NCBI GenBank assembly: GCA_946414625.1
Contig: CAMKPI010000001.1
Coordinates: 1-32,162, forward strand
DNA length: 32,162 nucleotides
Reading direction: 5' to 3'
Source: an uncultured Spirochaetaceae bacterium
Lineage (GTDB): Bacteria > Spirochaetota > Spirochaetia > Sphaerochaetales > Sphaerochaetaceae
Part shown: positions 1-9,798 of the stretch, in pieces
How the letters are laid out: the number at the start of each line of letters is the position of its first letter
How positions within the stretch are numbered: the stretch's first letter is position 1
Notes under the pieces: generated by a model
The model's input: the letters and a program-made list of their open reading frames with translations, nothing else
The model's database searches: none
Told to the model about the DNA's origin: nothing
Program-made: the position numbers and the translations under genes

Positions 1-196
1 CAAGAGCAAAATTGTTCTGGAAGGGAAAAACGTAAGGGGAGATCTAGTTAGACATATGCAGAATGTGGCAGAAGAAAAAAAACCTAACACGGAAACTTTC
101 GAAGCGCTTAAAGAAGTGGAATTGATGAAAGCAGATCCAGAAAAATATAAGGGCTATACCGATATCGACATGATGATGAAGGACTTGTTGAAGTGA
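1..196 (+). CDS. RelB/DinJ-family antitoxin, C-terminal fragment (5' end outside window)
   Basis: Frame 2 is open from the window edge to TGA 194-196. The translation ...EEKKPNTETFEALKEVELMKADPEKYKGYTDIDMMMKDLLK resembles the C-terminal tail of DinJ-type antitoxins. Its stop overlaps the GTG start of the downstream toxin (GTGA). Confidence 0.6.
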   Translation, partial: KSKIVLEGKNVRGDLVRHMQNVAEEKKPNTETFEALKEVELMKADPEKYKGYTDIDMMMKDLLK

Positions 197-474
197 AATA
201 TGCGGTTAAGCCCACTACTAGATTCCAAAAGGATTTGAAGCGTATTCAGAAACGAGGGTACGATATAAATCTATTAACGGATATAATCAAAAAGCTGGCA
301 AATGGCGAAGCGCTTCCAAAAGAAAATAAAGACCATCCTTTGGCTGGAAATTTTAAAGGCGCAAAAGAATGCCATATACAACCGGATTGGCTTTTGATTT
401 ATGAGATAAACGAGAAAAATTTGTATCTGTATCTGACAAGAACGGGTACACATAGCGATTTATTCAACAAATAA
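193..474 (+). CDS. yafQ: YafQ/RelE-family type II toxin (mRNA interferase)
   Basis: 93-aa ORF. KDHPLAGNFKGAKECHIQPDWLLIY...RTGTHSDLF follows the E. coli YafQ pattern KDHPL.G..KG....H..PDW.LIY...RTGTH..LF. The start is coupled to the upstream antitoxin stop. Confidence 0.85.
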   Translation: MKYAVKPTTRFQKDLKRIQKRGYDINLLTDIIKKLANGEALPKENKDHPLAGNFKGAKECHIQPDWLLIYEINEKNLYLYLTRTGTHSDLFNK

Positions 475-488
475 CAAGGAGAAGCGAT

Positions 489-614
489 GTGAAAAGAATA
501 GTTTTGATGTTGATTGCTTTGTGCTTTGCCGTACCTGTTTTTGCCGCGCTTCCTCCGCTTACGGAGGAGATGCCCCTTTCATACAACGAAAGGACAGGGA
601 TAAATATTGTTTAA
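489..614 (+). CDS. hypothetical 41-aa signal-peptide-like mini-ORF
   Basis: Hand translation from GTG 489, which lies 7 nt after AAGGAG (476-481): VKRIVLMLIALCFAVPVFAALPPLTEEMPLSYNERTGINIV*. It is too short for the ORF track and may be a gene remnant. Confidence 0.25.
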   Translation: MKRIVLMLIALCFAVPVFAALPPLTEEMPLSYNERTGINIV

Positions 615-849
615 AATTGACCCAGTTTATGATTAAATGGGAATCGTTCTCCTATTATGATTTTAGAGAAGAAGAAGTCATGGACAGACCCTTGATTCTT
701 AAGTTCTTCAACATCATCCCAAAGGAGATTGCATGAAAAACGGACAATTTACTTTACAGGAGACTCGAAAATTTCGCTTATAGTTTGAATGTCGGGGAAC
801 TAGGCTGAATTTGTATAAACTATAAATACCAACGTTAAGTTAAGGATAC

Positions 850-881
850 AAAATAAAACGCCGGACCCTGCTGGGTCCGGC
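850..881 (-). terminator. rho-independent terminator of the ribosomal super-operon
   Basis: The minus-strand RNA reads GCCGGACCC-AGCA-GGGUCCGGC followed by GUUUUAUUUU. A second compound hairpin, GATTGC...GCAATC (885-917), lies just upstream. Confidence 0.7.
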
Positions 882-1007
882 CTTGATTGCATAGCGCGTC
901 TTGCGCAGGAAGCAATCTTCCGAAAGCGTTCATTTCCGCTACCTTTTGCCCGATGACTTTTATCAGCTATCTCTGAAATAAAGCTCTCCGCCGGGCAGGC
1001 TCTTAGA

Positions 1008-1406
1008 TTAATTGCTTTCCTTCTTCTCGTCTTTTTTGGCTTTCTTCTCGGTCTTCTTTGTGAGCTCCAGAATTGCCATTTCGGCGGAATCGTTGAAGCG
1101 GCTGGATGTCTTTACAATCCTAGTGTAGCCGCCATGCACCTCCTGAAAAAGAGGTGCGATCTCGGTGAACAACTTGTTCACCACAGCCTCGTCGTACAGC
1201 CTGGCAGATGCGATTCTGCGATTGTGCACGCTGTCCGTCTTTCCCCTTGTAATGAGCTTCTCGGCCGCGCGCTGGACTTCCTTGGCCTTGGCCTTGGTTG
1301 TCTCGATCCTCTCGTAGCGGAAAAGGCTTGTCACCATGTTCCGGATGAGAGCAGCCCTCTCGGCGCGGTTTCTGCTCAGGGCATTGAAACCAAACTTATG
1401 CTTCAT
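1008..1406 (-). CDS. rplQ: 50S ribosomal protein L17
   Basis: [24 protein letters not shown]... is a typical L17. It is the last gene of the alpha operon. Its start lies 11 nt inside the rpoA 3' end. It has a Lys-rich C-terminal tail. Confidence 0.97.
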   Translation of the reverse strand: MKHKFGFNALSRNRAERAALIRNMVTSLFRYERIETTKAKAKEVQRAAEKLITRGKTDSVHNRRIASARLYDEAVVNKLFTEIAPLFQEVHGGYTRIVKTSSRFNDSAEMAILELTKKTEKKAKKDEKKESN

Positions 1407-2460
1407 TGTTCTCTTCCTTCCGCTCGGGGAGCTGCGCCGTTCTGAGGACGCTGTAATCAGTCATCCCCAAAGAAAGGTTCCACTCCCGAAGCTTGTCTTT
1501 GATCTCTGACAGGGACTTCTTACCGAAGTTTCGTGTCTTGGTAATCTCCTCCTCCGTCATCTGTGTAAGGTCTCTCAAAGTATGGATCTGCGCGTTCTTC
1601 AGACAGTTGCTTGAACGCACCGTGAGCTCCAACTCCTCCACAGGGGTGGAGAGAATCTTGTCGATCCGCTTCTGCTCCTCGTCAATCTCCTCGCTGGCTC
1701 GGACGATGTTCTCATCGAAATTGATGAAGATCGCAAAATGATCCTTGGCAATCTTGGCTGCCTCGGCCACCGCGTCCTCAGCGGAAATCGTGCCGTCCGT
1801 CCAAACCTCCAGCGTGAGCTTGTCGTAGTTGTTGCGCTGCCTCACACGGGTTGGCTCCACAGTATACTTCACCTTGACCACAGGGCTGAAGATTGCGTCC
1901 ACAAGGATGACCCCGGGATTCTTCTCATCGTCCCGGTCTATCATCTCCTGCATCTCTTCGGTGGGGACATAGCCGCGATTGAAATTCACCTGAACTAGCA
2001 TGCTTATATCAGCATCCTCTGCCATGTCAAAAATCACATGATCCTTGTTGATGACAGTGATTCTATCCTTCTCGAAATCAGCGCCTGTAAGAGAGCCTTC
2101 GCCCTTCTTCTCAATTTCGATCAGCGTGCTTTCCACTTCCTCGGGCATGGTCAGCTTCAGCTGCTTCAGACGAGCGATTATCTCGGGAATATCCTGCTTG
2201 ACGCCAGGAATCGACTCGAACTCGCTTGTTATCACATGCTCACCGTTCGCATCCCTGTAATGGAACCAAACCGCTGTGACTGCATAGCCTTGTATCGAGG
2301 ACAGGAGCACCCTGCGCAACGTGTTGCCCAGCGTTGTTCCAAAACCGCGCTCGAACGGGTATGCTATAAAGCGTCCGTAGTTCTTGTCTCCGCCTTCCCC
2401 CCTCTCAAGCATCGGGTACTTCGGGATCTTGAATCCCTGAAGCAGATTTTTTCTTGCCAT
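1396..2460 (-). CDS. rpoA: DNA-directed RNA polymerase alpha subunit
   Basis: 354 aa. The N-terminal domain reads ...[26 protein letters not shown]... and the C-terminal domain contains [23 protein letters not shown]. Confidence 0.97.
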   Translation of the reverse strand: MARKNLLQGFKIPKYPMLERGEGGDKNYGRFIAYPFERGFGTTLGNTLRRVLLSSIQGYAVTAVWFHYRDANGEHVITSEFESIPGVKQDIPEIIARLKQLKLTMPEEVESTLIEIEKKGEGSLTGADFEKDRITVINKDHVIFDMAEDADISMLVQVNFNRGYVPTEEMQEMIDRDDEKNPGVILVDAIFSPVVKVKYTVEPTRVRQRNNYDKLTLEVWTDGTISAEDAVAEAAKIAKDHFAIFINFDENIVRASEEIDEEQKRIDKILSTPVEELELTVRSSNCLKNAQIHTLRDLTQMTEEEITKTRNFGKKSLSEIKDKLREWNLSLGMTDYSVLRTAQLPERKEENNEA

Positions 2461-2610
2461 TCTAACTCCTTGGCGAGTCTCCGGCTCCGAAGCGCTTTCT
2501 TTGCGGAAGAAGCCGGACAGACGCCCTTAAGCGCCACAAAAGCGCCCTCGTGAACTTCCAAAGGATTCCATTGATTCCTCTCTGCGAATCCTCCGGAGCC
2601 GGAATGCGAA

Positions 2611-3252
2611 TTACCTCGAATACAATTCGACGACAAGCTGCTCGTTGACTCCTTCAAGCTCCCTCACCTCGGAACGCTCCGGAATCTGGTTGAAGCTGCC
2701 TTTCATGGCGTCCACATCGACGGAAAGCCACGAAGCGACACCGCTCTTGCCGACTTCCGAAAGATTATCCTTGATGACAAGCATGTTCTTGCCCTTTGCG
2801 GACACCTCGATCTCGTCGCCGGGCTTAACACGATAGCTCGGGATATCCACACGGCGTCCGTTTACAAAGATGTGTCCGTGTGAGACAAGCTGAGACGCCT
2901 GCGGACGGGAAGAGGCAAAATGTAGCCTGAACACAACATTGTCCAGTCTGCGCTCCAAGAGCGTGATGAGGTTGTCGCCAGTCTTGCCGGGCATGCGAGC
3001 CGCCGTGTTGAATGTCAGCTTGAACTGCTTCTCCAACATGCAGTAGATCCTCTTCAGGCGCTGCTTTGCGCGGAGCATCTGACCGTAGTCAGTGGGCTTC
3101 TTGGTGCGTGCCTTCGGGTCTCGCCCAGGGAGACCGGATTCCATCGGGTTGTTCATCGGGCACTTGGCGGACAAGCAGCGCGAGCCCTTGAGGAACAGCT
3201 TTGCCCTCTCAGCTCTGCAGTATCTGCATTTTGGGCCTGTATATCTAGCCAT
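2611..3252 (-). CDS. rpsD: 30S ribosomal protein S4
   Basis: MARYTGPKCRYCRAERAKLFLKG... with an N-terminal Cys4 cluster and an S4 RNA-binding domain. It occupies the conserved position between rpsK and rpoA. Confidence 0.97.
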   Translation of the reverse strand: MARYTGPKCRYCRAERAKLFLKGSRCLSAKCPMNNPMESGLPGRDPKARTKKPTDYGQMLRAKQRLKRIYCMLEKQFKLTFNTAARMPGKTGDNLITLLERRLDNVVFRLHFASSRPQASQLVSHGHIFVNGRRVDIPSYRVKPGDEIEVSAKGKNMLVIKDNLSEVGKSGVASWLSVDVDAMKGSFNQIPERSEVRELEGVNEQLVVELYSR

Positions 3253-3354
3253 ACTATAAATTCTCCTTTAACGGGATGCGCCCGGCTGCCTTGAGACAGC
3301 CGAGAGCCCTCCCGACAGGCCGCGGGGCTCATCCGAGAGTCCCGCGAACCGAAA

Positions 3355-3735
3355 TCAGATCCTTCTGGTCTTCCTCGGCCTGCAGCCGTTGTGTGGGATC
3401 GGCGTGACGTCCTTGATGGAGCGCACCCTCATTCCGAGCTGTCCGATTGCCCTGATGGCAGCCTCGCGTCCCTGACCCGGACCCTTGACGAAGACGTTCA
3501 CTTCGTTAAGCCCGTATTCCAGAGCCTTGCGACCGGCTGTCTCACAAACGGTCTGAGCCGCATATGGAGTGCTTTTCTTCGCTCCGCGGAAACCGAGCCC
3601 GCCTGCAGAGGACCACGAGAGGGCATTGCCGTTCAGGTCGGTGAAGGTGATTATCGTATTGTTGAAGGTGGCCTGGATGTAGACACAGCCCTCGTATACC
3701 GTTTTCCTGGCTTTCTTCTTGGTTGCTTTTGCCAT
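3355..3735 (-). CDS. rpsK: 30S ribosomal protein S11
   Basis: 126 aa: ...[46 protein letters not shown]... Confidence 0.97.
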   Translation of the reverse strand: MAKATKKKARKTVYEGCVYIQATFNNTIITFTDLNGNALSWSSAGGLGFRGAKKSTPYAAQTVCETAGRKALEYGLNEVNVFVKGPGQGREAAIRAIGQLGMRVRSIKDVTPIPHNGCRPRKTRRI

Positions 3736-3751
3736 TTCTCAATCCCCCTCG

Positions 3752-4120
3752 TTACGCCTTCTTCTTCCCGGCTATCGTCTTCTTCTTGCCTTTGCGTGTG
3801 CGGGCGTTCGTCTTTGTTCTCTGCCCGCGCACCGGAAGTCCCTTCCTGTGCCTGAGCCCGCGGTAGCAGCCGATGTCCATCAACCGCTTGATGTTAAGCT
3901 GGGTCTGGGAGCGCAGACGCCCCTCGACCGTGTAATCGTTCTCGATAACCTTTCTGAGTTCGGCCAGAACCTCGGCGGACAGGCTGTTTATCTTCGCGTC
4001 CGGATCCACGGAGCACTTCTTACAAATCTCCTCCGCGCTGGTTCTTCCTATTCCGTAGATGTATGTCAAAGCAATCTTTGTCGCCTTGTTTGGTAAATCT
4101 ACACCTGCAATTCGCGCCAT
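3752..4120 (-). CDS. rpsM: 30S ribosomal protein S13
   Basis: [29 protein letters not shown]... Confidence 0.97.
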   Translation of the reverse strand: MARIAGVDLPNKATKIALTYIYGIGRTSAEEICKKCSVDPDAKINSLSAEVLAELRKVIENDYTVEGRLRSQTQLNIKRLMDIGCYRGLRHRKGLPVRGQRTKTNARTRKGKKKTIAGKKKA

Positions 4121-4202
4121 TACGGCCTCCTAATATCCTTACACGCCGAATTCTTGCCGGACGCCCAAAGCCGCGCGCGCCCGCCTCCATTCGGAGCATT
4201 CC

Positions 4203-4316
4203 TTACTTTTGTCTCTGTTTGTGCTTCGGATTAGTACAAACAATTCTCACAACACCGTTGCGCCTTATCACCTTGCACTTGTCGCACATAGGCTTGACGC
4301 TAGCTCTTACTTTCAT
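4203..4316 (-). CDS. rpmJ: 50S ribosomal protein L36
   Basis: Hand translation of the minus strand gives [37 protein letters not shown]. It is below the ORF-track length cutoff. It sits in the canonical secY-rpmJ-rpsM position. Confidence 0.92.
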   Translation of the reverse strand: MKVRASVKPMCDKCKVIRRNGVVRIVCTNPKHKQRQK

Positions 4317-4372
4317 AAATCAGCTCCTCCGGGACAGAAGCATCCGCTCGCCCCATTTAGTTCCCCGCAGGA

Positions 4373-5704
4373 TCACAGGGTTCTGTTCTTGATCTTCTTC
4401 ACGCCCAGGAAACCCTCGTGGTGGTGCATCTTCATGATCGACTCTATCGACTTGAGCAGTTCAAGCTCGCAGCCCACAAGGATAATCAGCGATGTTCCGC
4501 CGAACAGCATGGCAACCGTTGACGGCAGGTGGAAGATGATCTGAACCAATGTCGGAATCAAGGCAATCACAGCAAGGAAGATCGACCCGGGAAGAACAAT
4601 CCGGTTGAGAACCTTTGTGAGGTACTCCTCCAGCTTTTCCGCCCTGACTCCGGGAACACTGCCTCCGTTGTCGCGGATCTGCTTTGCCATTTCGACAGGG
4701 TTCAGCGAAACCTGCGTGTAGAAGAATGCAAAGGCTATGATCAAGATGGTGTAGATGATGAGGTAAGGCGCACCTTGAGGATTGAGCCAGTTTGCAAGAG
4801 ACTGAAGCCATCTGACGTTCGGTCCCAGCGCGCTCGCGATCTGAATCGGGAATGACAGGATCGCTGAGGCGAAAATCACGGGAATGACTCCGCTCGGGTT
4901 GAGCTTCAGGGGGATGTAGGAGCTCTGGGCGCCGTACATCCTGCGTCCGACCACGCGCTTGGCGTAGTTCACCGGAATCTTGCGCTCCCCTTCCTGCTCG
5001 TAGACCACAAGGGAGATTACAACCAGAAGCATTGCGGTTATCACCAGAGCCACAATCCAGCTGATCGAGCCATCGGCTATGCCCAGGTAGAGCGCCTGGA
5101 TTGCGGTGGGAATCCTCGCGACAATGCCCGCAAAAATCAAGAGGCTTATGCCGTTGCCCACCCCGAACTGGGTGATCTTCTCACCAAGCCAGATGAGTGC
5201 CATCGTTCCTGTCGTCACTGTTAGCATTGACACCAGCGTGAATGCGGTGAGTCCTATGGTGATGACCTGGAAGCCCTGGCTCTGTATGCTTCTGGCATAA
5301 ACGGTCACGACAAATGACTGCAAAAGACAGACCACGATCGTTCCGTATCTGTTTATCTTCTGGATCTTCCTCCGGCCCTCTGCGTCCTCTCCCATCTTTT
5401 TCAAGGAAGGGATGATCAGCATCAGCAACTGAAGGATGATTTCCATCGAGATGTACGGCATCACGCCCAGCGTGAACAACGAGAAGTTACTGAACGCTCC
5501 GCCAGAGAAGAAATTCAGGTATTCTGTAAGTCCGATTGTGGCGGATCTGCTCGCGACAAGAAAATAGTTCTTCAGCTGCACCGGATCCACGCCGGGAACG
5601 GGAATCACAGCCCCGATCCTGGTGATGGCCAGTAGCCCCAAAGTTATCAGTATTTTCGTTCGGAGATCTCGCATCCGGAACATATCTGAAATGGGATTTG
5701 CCAT
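4373..5704 (-). CDS. secY: preprotein translocase subunit SecY
   Basis: 443-aa polytopic membrane protein in the canonical position after rplO. The start is preceded by GAAGGAAGG. Confidence 0.97.
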   Translation of the reverse strand: MANPISDMFRMRDLRTKILITLGLLAITRIGAVIPVPGVDPVQLKNYFLVASRSATIGLTEYLNFFSGGAFSNFSLFTLGVMPYISMEIILQLLMLIIPSLKKMGEDAEGRRKIQKINRYGTIVVCLLQSFVVTVYARSIQSQGFQVITIGLTAFTLVSMLTVTTGTMALIWLGEKITQFGVGNGISLLIFAGIVARIPTAIQALYLGIADGSISWIVALVITAMLLVVISLVVYEQEGERKIPVNYAKRVVGRRMYGAQSSYIPLKLNPSGVIPVIFASAILSFPIQIASALGPNVRWLQSLANWLNPQGAPYLIIYTILIIAFAFFYTQVSLNPVEMAKQIRDNGGSVPGVRAEKLEEYLTKVLNRIVLPGSIFLAVIALIPTLVQIIFHLPSTVAMLFGGTSLIILVGCELELLKSIESIMKMHHHEGFLGVKKIKNRTL

Positions 5705-5848
5705 TTATTAACCTTCCTTCAAAAAAATCACGGACCTGCCGCGCGCCCCGAGGCACGGCTTTGGGCGAATCCGCCCTGGCGCGCCTGGAGAAGAGGCTCT
5801 GGCATCTGCCAGCTCCCTTTCGGCGCGGAAGGTTCCGCTTTCTCCGGG

Positions 5849-6280
5849 TTATCTCACTTCTCCGCCGGCCGCCTTGATCTTCTCGGCTGCCTGAGCGGAG
5901 GTCTTCACGCCGTCCACGACAAGACGCTTCGTCACCTCGCCGTTTGCGAGAATCTTTGCCTCGCGTCCGACACCACGAAGGATGAACGCGTCGCGGAGAG
6001 ACTCATCGGAGACAACCGCCCCATCCTCGAACGCCTCGTCGAGAATCGAAAGGGAAATGGCAACATACTCTTTCTTGAACGGATAGTTGGAGAAGCCGCG
6101 GCGGGCAACACGCCTGTAAAGCGGCATCTGACCACCCTCAAATCCGGGACGAACACCACCGCCGGAACGTGCGTTCTGACCGTTGTTCCCGCGACCGCAG
6201 CAGCGACCCTTACTTCCGTAGCCGCGACCGACAATCGTCTTTTTCCTATTAGCTCCCTTCGGAGCGACAATCTGTGCCAT
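5849..6280 (-). CDS. rplO: 50S ribosomal protein L15
   Basis: I trimmed the ORF-track frame to the internal ATG (MAQIVAPKGANRKK...). This start lies 1 nt after the rpmD stop (6282-6284). The longer upstream extension would overlap rpmD. Confidence 0.93.
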   Translation of the reverse strand: MAQIVAPKGANRKKTIVGRGYGSKGRCCGRGNNGQNARSGGGVRPGFEGGQMPLYRRVARRGFSNYPFKKEYVAISLSILDEAFEDGAVVSDESLRDAFILRGVGREAKILANGEVTKRLVVDGVKTSAQAAEKIKAAGGEVR

Positions 6281-6281
6281 C

Positions 6282-6470
6282 TTAGATCTCCTCAACGCGA
6301 ACCATGTGCTCGACCACACGGATCATGCCGCGAGTCACCGGGGTGTCCGGGAGCGTCACGCTGCTGTGAACCTTGCCGAGCCCCAAAGCCTTCACGGTCT
6401 TCCTCTGGTTCGGGAGCGTGCCGGCGAGCCCTCGGATGAGCTCAACCTTAACTTTCTTATCGTCTGCCAT
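6282..6470 (-). CDS. rpmD: 50S ribosomal protein L30
   Basis: [38 protein letters not shown]... Confidence 0.95.
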   Translation of the reverse strand: MADDKKVKVELIRGLAGTLPNQRKTVKALGLGKVHSSVTLPDTPVTRGMIRVVEHMVRVEEI

Positions 6471-6473
6471 AAA

Positions 6474-7013
6474 TCACCCCCAAAGCTCGTTCACGGAAAT
6501 GCCTCTGCCCGCCGCGACCTTGCGCGCCGAGAAAAGGTTAAGCAGTCCGTCGAAAGTCGCCTTCACCGTGTTGATAGTGTTGTTGGACCCCAGGGACTTG
6601 CTGATGACATCCCTTATGCCGCACGCATCGCAAACCGCACGCACCGCACCGCCGGCGATAACTCCCGTTCCGGGAGCGGCCGGGCGAAGAAGCACGCTCG
6701 CGCTCTTGAACTGTCCGACAATCTCATGGGGAATCGTATCGCCTTTCACGTTGATCTGGCGCATGCCCTTACGGGCAGCCTCTCCGGCCTTGCGGATGGC
6801 TTCAGTGACATCGTTGGCCTTCCCCATGCCGTAGCCCACGCGACCCTTGCCGTCTCCGACCACGACAAGCGCGGAGAAAGACATCCTCCGTCCGCCCTTG
6901 ACGGTCTTGGACACACGCATGAGCTTTATCAGCTTCTCGGAGAATTCCTTGTCCTGGCGCTCCGAGCGGTCTCTTCTATCCCTTCTCTCTCTTCTTTCTC
7001 TCTCTTCTGCCAT
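6474..7013 (-). CDS. rpsE: 30S ribosomal protein S5
   Basis: Trimmed to ATG 7013 ([24 protein letters not shown]...), which is preceded by AAGGAG and lies after the rplR stop at 7024. The S5 core contains ...[28 protein letters not shown]... Confidence 0.93.
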   Translation of the reverse strand: MAEERERRERRDRRDRSERQDKEFSEKLIKLMRVSKTVKGGRRMSFSALVVVGDGKGRVGYGMGKANDVTEAIRKAGEAARKGMRQINVKGDTIPHEIVGQFKSASVLLRPAAPGTGVIAGGAVRAVCDACGIRDVISKSLGSNNTINTVKATFDGLLNLFSARKVAAGRGISVNELWG

Positions 7014-7023
7014 TGTCTTCTCC

Positions 7024-7383
7024 TTAGAACTTAACTCCGGCTTTTCTCGCGCCGTCAGCAATGGCCTTCACGAGACCATGATAGAGATAACCGTTCCTGT
7101 CGAAAACAACAGTGGTGACGCCGGCGTCCAAGCAGCGCTTCCCGAGAATCTCGCCCAAACGGGTGGCACCCTCGACGGTGTTCTTGATGTCCTTCAGATC
7201 CTTCTCAACCGTACCTGCGCTCACAAGCGTGCGGGCCGCCACATCATCGATCACCTGCACATACATGTGCTGGTTACTCCTGAAAACAGACATTCTGGGT
7301 CTCTCTGCGGTGCCGGAGATGGACTTCCTGATATGGACCTTGCGTCTCGCATGCTTTCTGTTCTTATCTTCAATCCTATTCAT
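7024..7383 (-). CDS. rplR: 50S ribosomal protein L18
   Basis: 119 aa: ...[20 protein letters not shown]...[23 protein letters not shown]. Confidence 0.96.
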   Translation of the reverse strand: MNRIEDKNRKHARRKVHIRKSISGTAERPRMSVFRSNQHMYVQVIDDVAARTLVSAGTVEKDLKDIKNTVEGATRLGEILGKRCLDAGVTTVVFDRNGYLYHGLVKAIADGARKAGVKF

Positions 7384-7395
7384 GCTGCTCGCCCC

Positions 7396-7935
7396 TTATG
7401 CTCTTCCAGCCTTTCCGCTCTTGGCGCGGACATACTCGTTCTCGTAGCGGACACCCTTGCCCTTGTAAGGCTCAGGCTTGCGCAGACTGCGGATTTCCGC
7501 AGCAACCTGCCCCACACGCTGCTTGTCAATGCCCTCAATGATGATCTTCGTCGCAGACTCGAGAGAAATTTTTATGCCCTCGGGAACAACATACTCAATA
7601 TCGTTCGCATAACCCAAGGAAAGAACCAGAGAGTTCTTCTGCATCTCCGCCTTATAGCCCACACCGATGATGGTGAGAACCTTCTTGTATCCTTCGGACA
7701 CGCCAACAACCATGTTGCGAACCATCTGCCTTGTGAGGCCGTGGAACGCCCGGGTCTGTTTCTCGTCGTTCGAGCGGGTGAGAATGACCTGATTTTCCTT
7801 GATATCAAGGCTGATCGCAGGATTGATTCTCTGCTTCAGCTCGCCTTTTGAGCCTTTGACCGTAAGGACGCCATCCTCGAACGAGAGCTTCACAGAGGCT
7901 GGCACGTCCACCGGCAATTTACCAATTCTTGACAT
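7396..7935 (-). CDS. rplF: 50S ribosomal protein L6
   Basis: MSRIGKLPVDVPASVKLSFEDGVLTVKGSKGEL... Confidence 0.96.
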   Translation of the reverse strand: MSRIGKLPVDVPASVKLSFEDGVLTVKGSKGELKQRINPAISLDIKENQVILTRSNDEKQTRAFHGLTRQMVRNMVVGVSEGYKKVLTIIGVGYKAEMQKNSLVLSLGYANDIEYVVPEGIKISLESATKIIIEGIDKQRVGQVAAEIRSLRKPEPYKGKGVRYENEYVRAKSGKAGRA

Positions 7936-7947
7936 GTTAGCCTCCTC

Positions 7948-8346
7948 TTACCAAACCGTGCAGATAAGCTCGCCGCCCACCTGCTGGTCGCAGGCCTTAC
8001 GACCTGTAATCACTCCGGCGGAAGTGGACACCACAACGGTACCGTAGCCGTTGAGAACCCTCGGCATCTCCCTGTATCCGGAATAGACGCGCCTGCCCGG
8101 GGTGGAGATCCTCTTGATGCCGTGAATGACAGAATTGCCTTCCTCGTCGTATTTCAAGAAAACGCGCAACGCCGTGCCGCCGTCCTTTGTAACCTTCTTA
8201 AAGTTCTTGACATAGCCCTCGGTCTTCAGGATCTTGACGATCTGGAGCTTGAGCTTCGAACTTGATATATCTACTTTCTCGTGCTTAGCCTGACTAGCAT
8301 TTCTAATCTTAGTCAGCATATCAGCAACAGGATCACTCGCTGCCAT
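7948..8346 (-). CDS. rpsH: 30S ribosomal protein S8
   Basis: Trimmed to ATG 8346 ([17 protein letters not shown]...), which lies downstream of the rpsN stop at 8358. Confidence 0.94.
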   Translation of the reverse strand: MAASDPVADMLTKIRNASQAKHEKVDISSSKLKLQIVKILKTEGYVKNFKKVTKDGGTALRVFLKYDEEGNSVIHGIKRISTPGRRVYSGYREMPRVLNGYGTVVVSTSAGVITGRKACDQQVGGELICTVW

Positions 8347-8357
8347 CTTTATTCTCC

Positions 8358-8543
8358 TTACCAACTAGATTTCGTAACGCCAGGAATCTGCCCTTCGCCG
8401 GCAAGCTTCCTGAAGCAGTGCCTGCACATATCGTATTTTCTGAGGTAACCGCGCGGCCGGCCGCAGATTGCGCACCTGTTCACCCGTCTTGTGCTGAACT
8501 TGGGCTCGCGCTTAGCCTTTACGATCATTGATTTCTTCGCCAT
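8358..8543 (-). CDS. rpsN: 30S ribosomal protein S14, short zinc-binding (type Z) form
   Basis: 61 aa with CAICGRP...CRHCFR (CxxC...CxxC). Confidence 0.95.
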   Translation of the reverse strand: MAKKSMIVKAKREPKFSTRRVNRCAICGRPRGYLRKYDMCRHCFRKLAGEGQIPGVTKSSW

Positions 8544-8554
8544 GACAACTCTCC

Positions 8555-9109
8555 TTACTTGCTAAACGGCATGCCGAGCTTCTTCAGCAGGGCGAAGCCT
8601 TCCTCGTCGGTACGGGCAGTGGTCACAATGGCGACATTCAAACCGCTGACACGGACAATCTTGTCAAAATCAATCTCGGGGAAGATTATCTGCTCGGTGA
8701 TACCCAGAGCATAGTTCCCGTGGCCGTCAAACGCGTTCGGCTTCACACCGCGGAAATCCTTGACGCGGGGAAGCGCGATGCAAATGAGCCTCTCCAGGAA
8801 GAACCACATATTGTCCCCCCTCAGGGTGACCATTGCGCCGATCTCCATGCCCTCGCGGAGCTTGAAGTTTGCGATGCTCTTTCTTGCCTTGGTGCGAACC
8901 ACGTGCTGGCCGGTGATCTGCTCCAGCTCCTTGACGGTTGCGTCAAGATATTTCTTGTCCTGGATCGCGTCACCAACGCCGGCGCTCACGACAATCTTCT
9001 CCAAAGCCGGCACCTGCATCTTTGACGAGTAGCCGAACTCCTCGAAAAGCGCAGGAGCCACCTCTTCAAGGTACTTTTTCTTAAAAGCCGGAATAAATTT
9101 CTCTGCCAT
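8555..9109 (-). CDS. rplE: 50S ribosomal protein L5
   Basis: 184 aa. The ATG shares one base with the rplX TGA (TGATG overlap). Confidence 0.96.
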   Translation of the reverse strand: MAEKFIPAFKKKYLEEVAPALFEEFGYSSKMQVPALEKIVVSAGVGDAIQDKKYLDATVKELEQITGQHVVRTKARKSIANFKLREGMEIGAMVTLRGDNMWFFLERLICIALPRVKDFRGVKPNAFDGHGNYALGITEQIIFPEIDFDKIVRVSGLNVAIVTTARTDEEGFALLKKLGMPFSK

Positions 9110-9411
9110 CAGATTGCCTCTCCCGTTCTCTTCGCGTAACGGACCTTCTTGCCGTCCTCCGTCCTGTACCCGACCCTGGTCGGCTTGCCGTCCTTGGCAA
9201 CAAGCGCGACATTGGACGCGTGTATCGGAGCCTCGATGCGCTCGATTCCGCCCTTGTCCTGCTGGCTGCGCCTCTTCATCGTCTTAGAGACCATGTTCGC
9301 GCCCTGAACGTAGACCCTGTCGTTTTCCCTGTCAACCTTGATGATCTTACCGGTATAGCCTTTGTCGCGCCCGGCGATTATCATGACGTTGTCGTCTTTC
9401 TTCAGCTTCAT
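9109..9411 (-). CDS. rplX: 50S ribosomal protein L24
   Basis: [26 protein letters not shown]... (KOW motif). Confidence 0.96.
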   Translation of the reverse strand: MKLKKDDNVMIIAGRDKGYTGKIIKVDRENDRVYVQGANMVSKTMKRRSQQDKGGIERIEAPIHASNVALVAKDGKPTRVGYRTEDGKKVRYAKRTGEAI

Positions 9412-9420
9412 TCCATTCTC

Positions 9421-9786
9421 CTACAACACTTCCGGCGCAAGGGAAACAATCTTCATGTAGCCGTCGCGAAGCTCTCTCGCCACCGGCCCGAAAATTCTCT
9501 TTCCACGCGGGTTATTGTTGGCGTCGATGATAACGCAGGCGTTGTCATCGAACCTGATATATGTACCGTCAGGTCTGCGGTACTCCTTCTTCGTCCTCAC
9601 GATGACCGCTTTCAGAACGTCACCTTTCTTGATCTGGCCGTTCGGAAGAGCATCCTTCACCGCAACAACAATCACATCACCGACCCCGGCGACATACCTG
9701 TGGCTGCCGCCAAGAACCTTGATGCACTGGACCGTCCTCGCTCCCGAGTTGTCGGCCACATTCAGATAAGTCTGCATCTGTACCAT
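9421..9786 (-). CDS. rplN: 50S ribosomal protein L14
   Basis: [28 protein letters not shown]... Confidence 0.97.
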   Translation of the reverse strand: MVQMQTYLNVADNSGARTVQCIKVLGGSHRYVAGVGDVIVVAVKDALPNGQIKKGDVLKAVIVRTKKEYRRPDGTYIRFDDNACVIIDANNNPRGKRIFGPVARELRDGYMKIVSLAPEVL

Positions 9787-9798
9787 ATTGACAACTCC

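Noticed and set aside
521-736. The 71-aa ORF downstream of the toxin.
   Set aside because: It has a GTG start without an SD. It overlaps the better-supported SD-preceded 489-614 frame in another frame. It is more likely a composite of decayed fragments.
733-783. The 16-codon frame MKNGQFTLQETRKFRL* with a good AAAGGAG SD.
   Set aside because: It is too short to support as a gene. I note it only as a probable remnant of the 5' end of a lost gene.
5849-6319. N-terminally extended versions of rplO, rpsE (7061), rpsH (8364), rplV (11910), rpsJ (15036), rbr (21510), the ArsC-family gene (21587), the ABC exporter (17347) and pgi (30131), as listed in the ORF track.
   Set aside because: The extensions overlap the upstream gene or its spacer and lack an SD. 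The canonical conserved N-termini begin at internal ATGs that are preceded by GGAG-type SDs.
6847-7851. Long plus-strand ORFs across the ribosomal operon. Examples: 6306..7034, 6847..7851, 9220..10248, 12518..13216, 13053..13880, 14657..15421, 15599..16333.
   Set aside because: They are antisense shadows of highly conserved GC-rich r-protein, secY and tuf genes. They have no SD and their compositions are Arg/Leu/Pro-rich.
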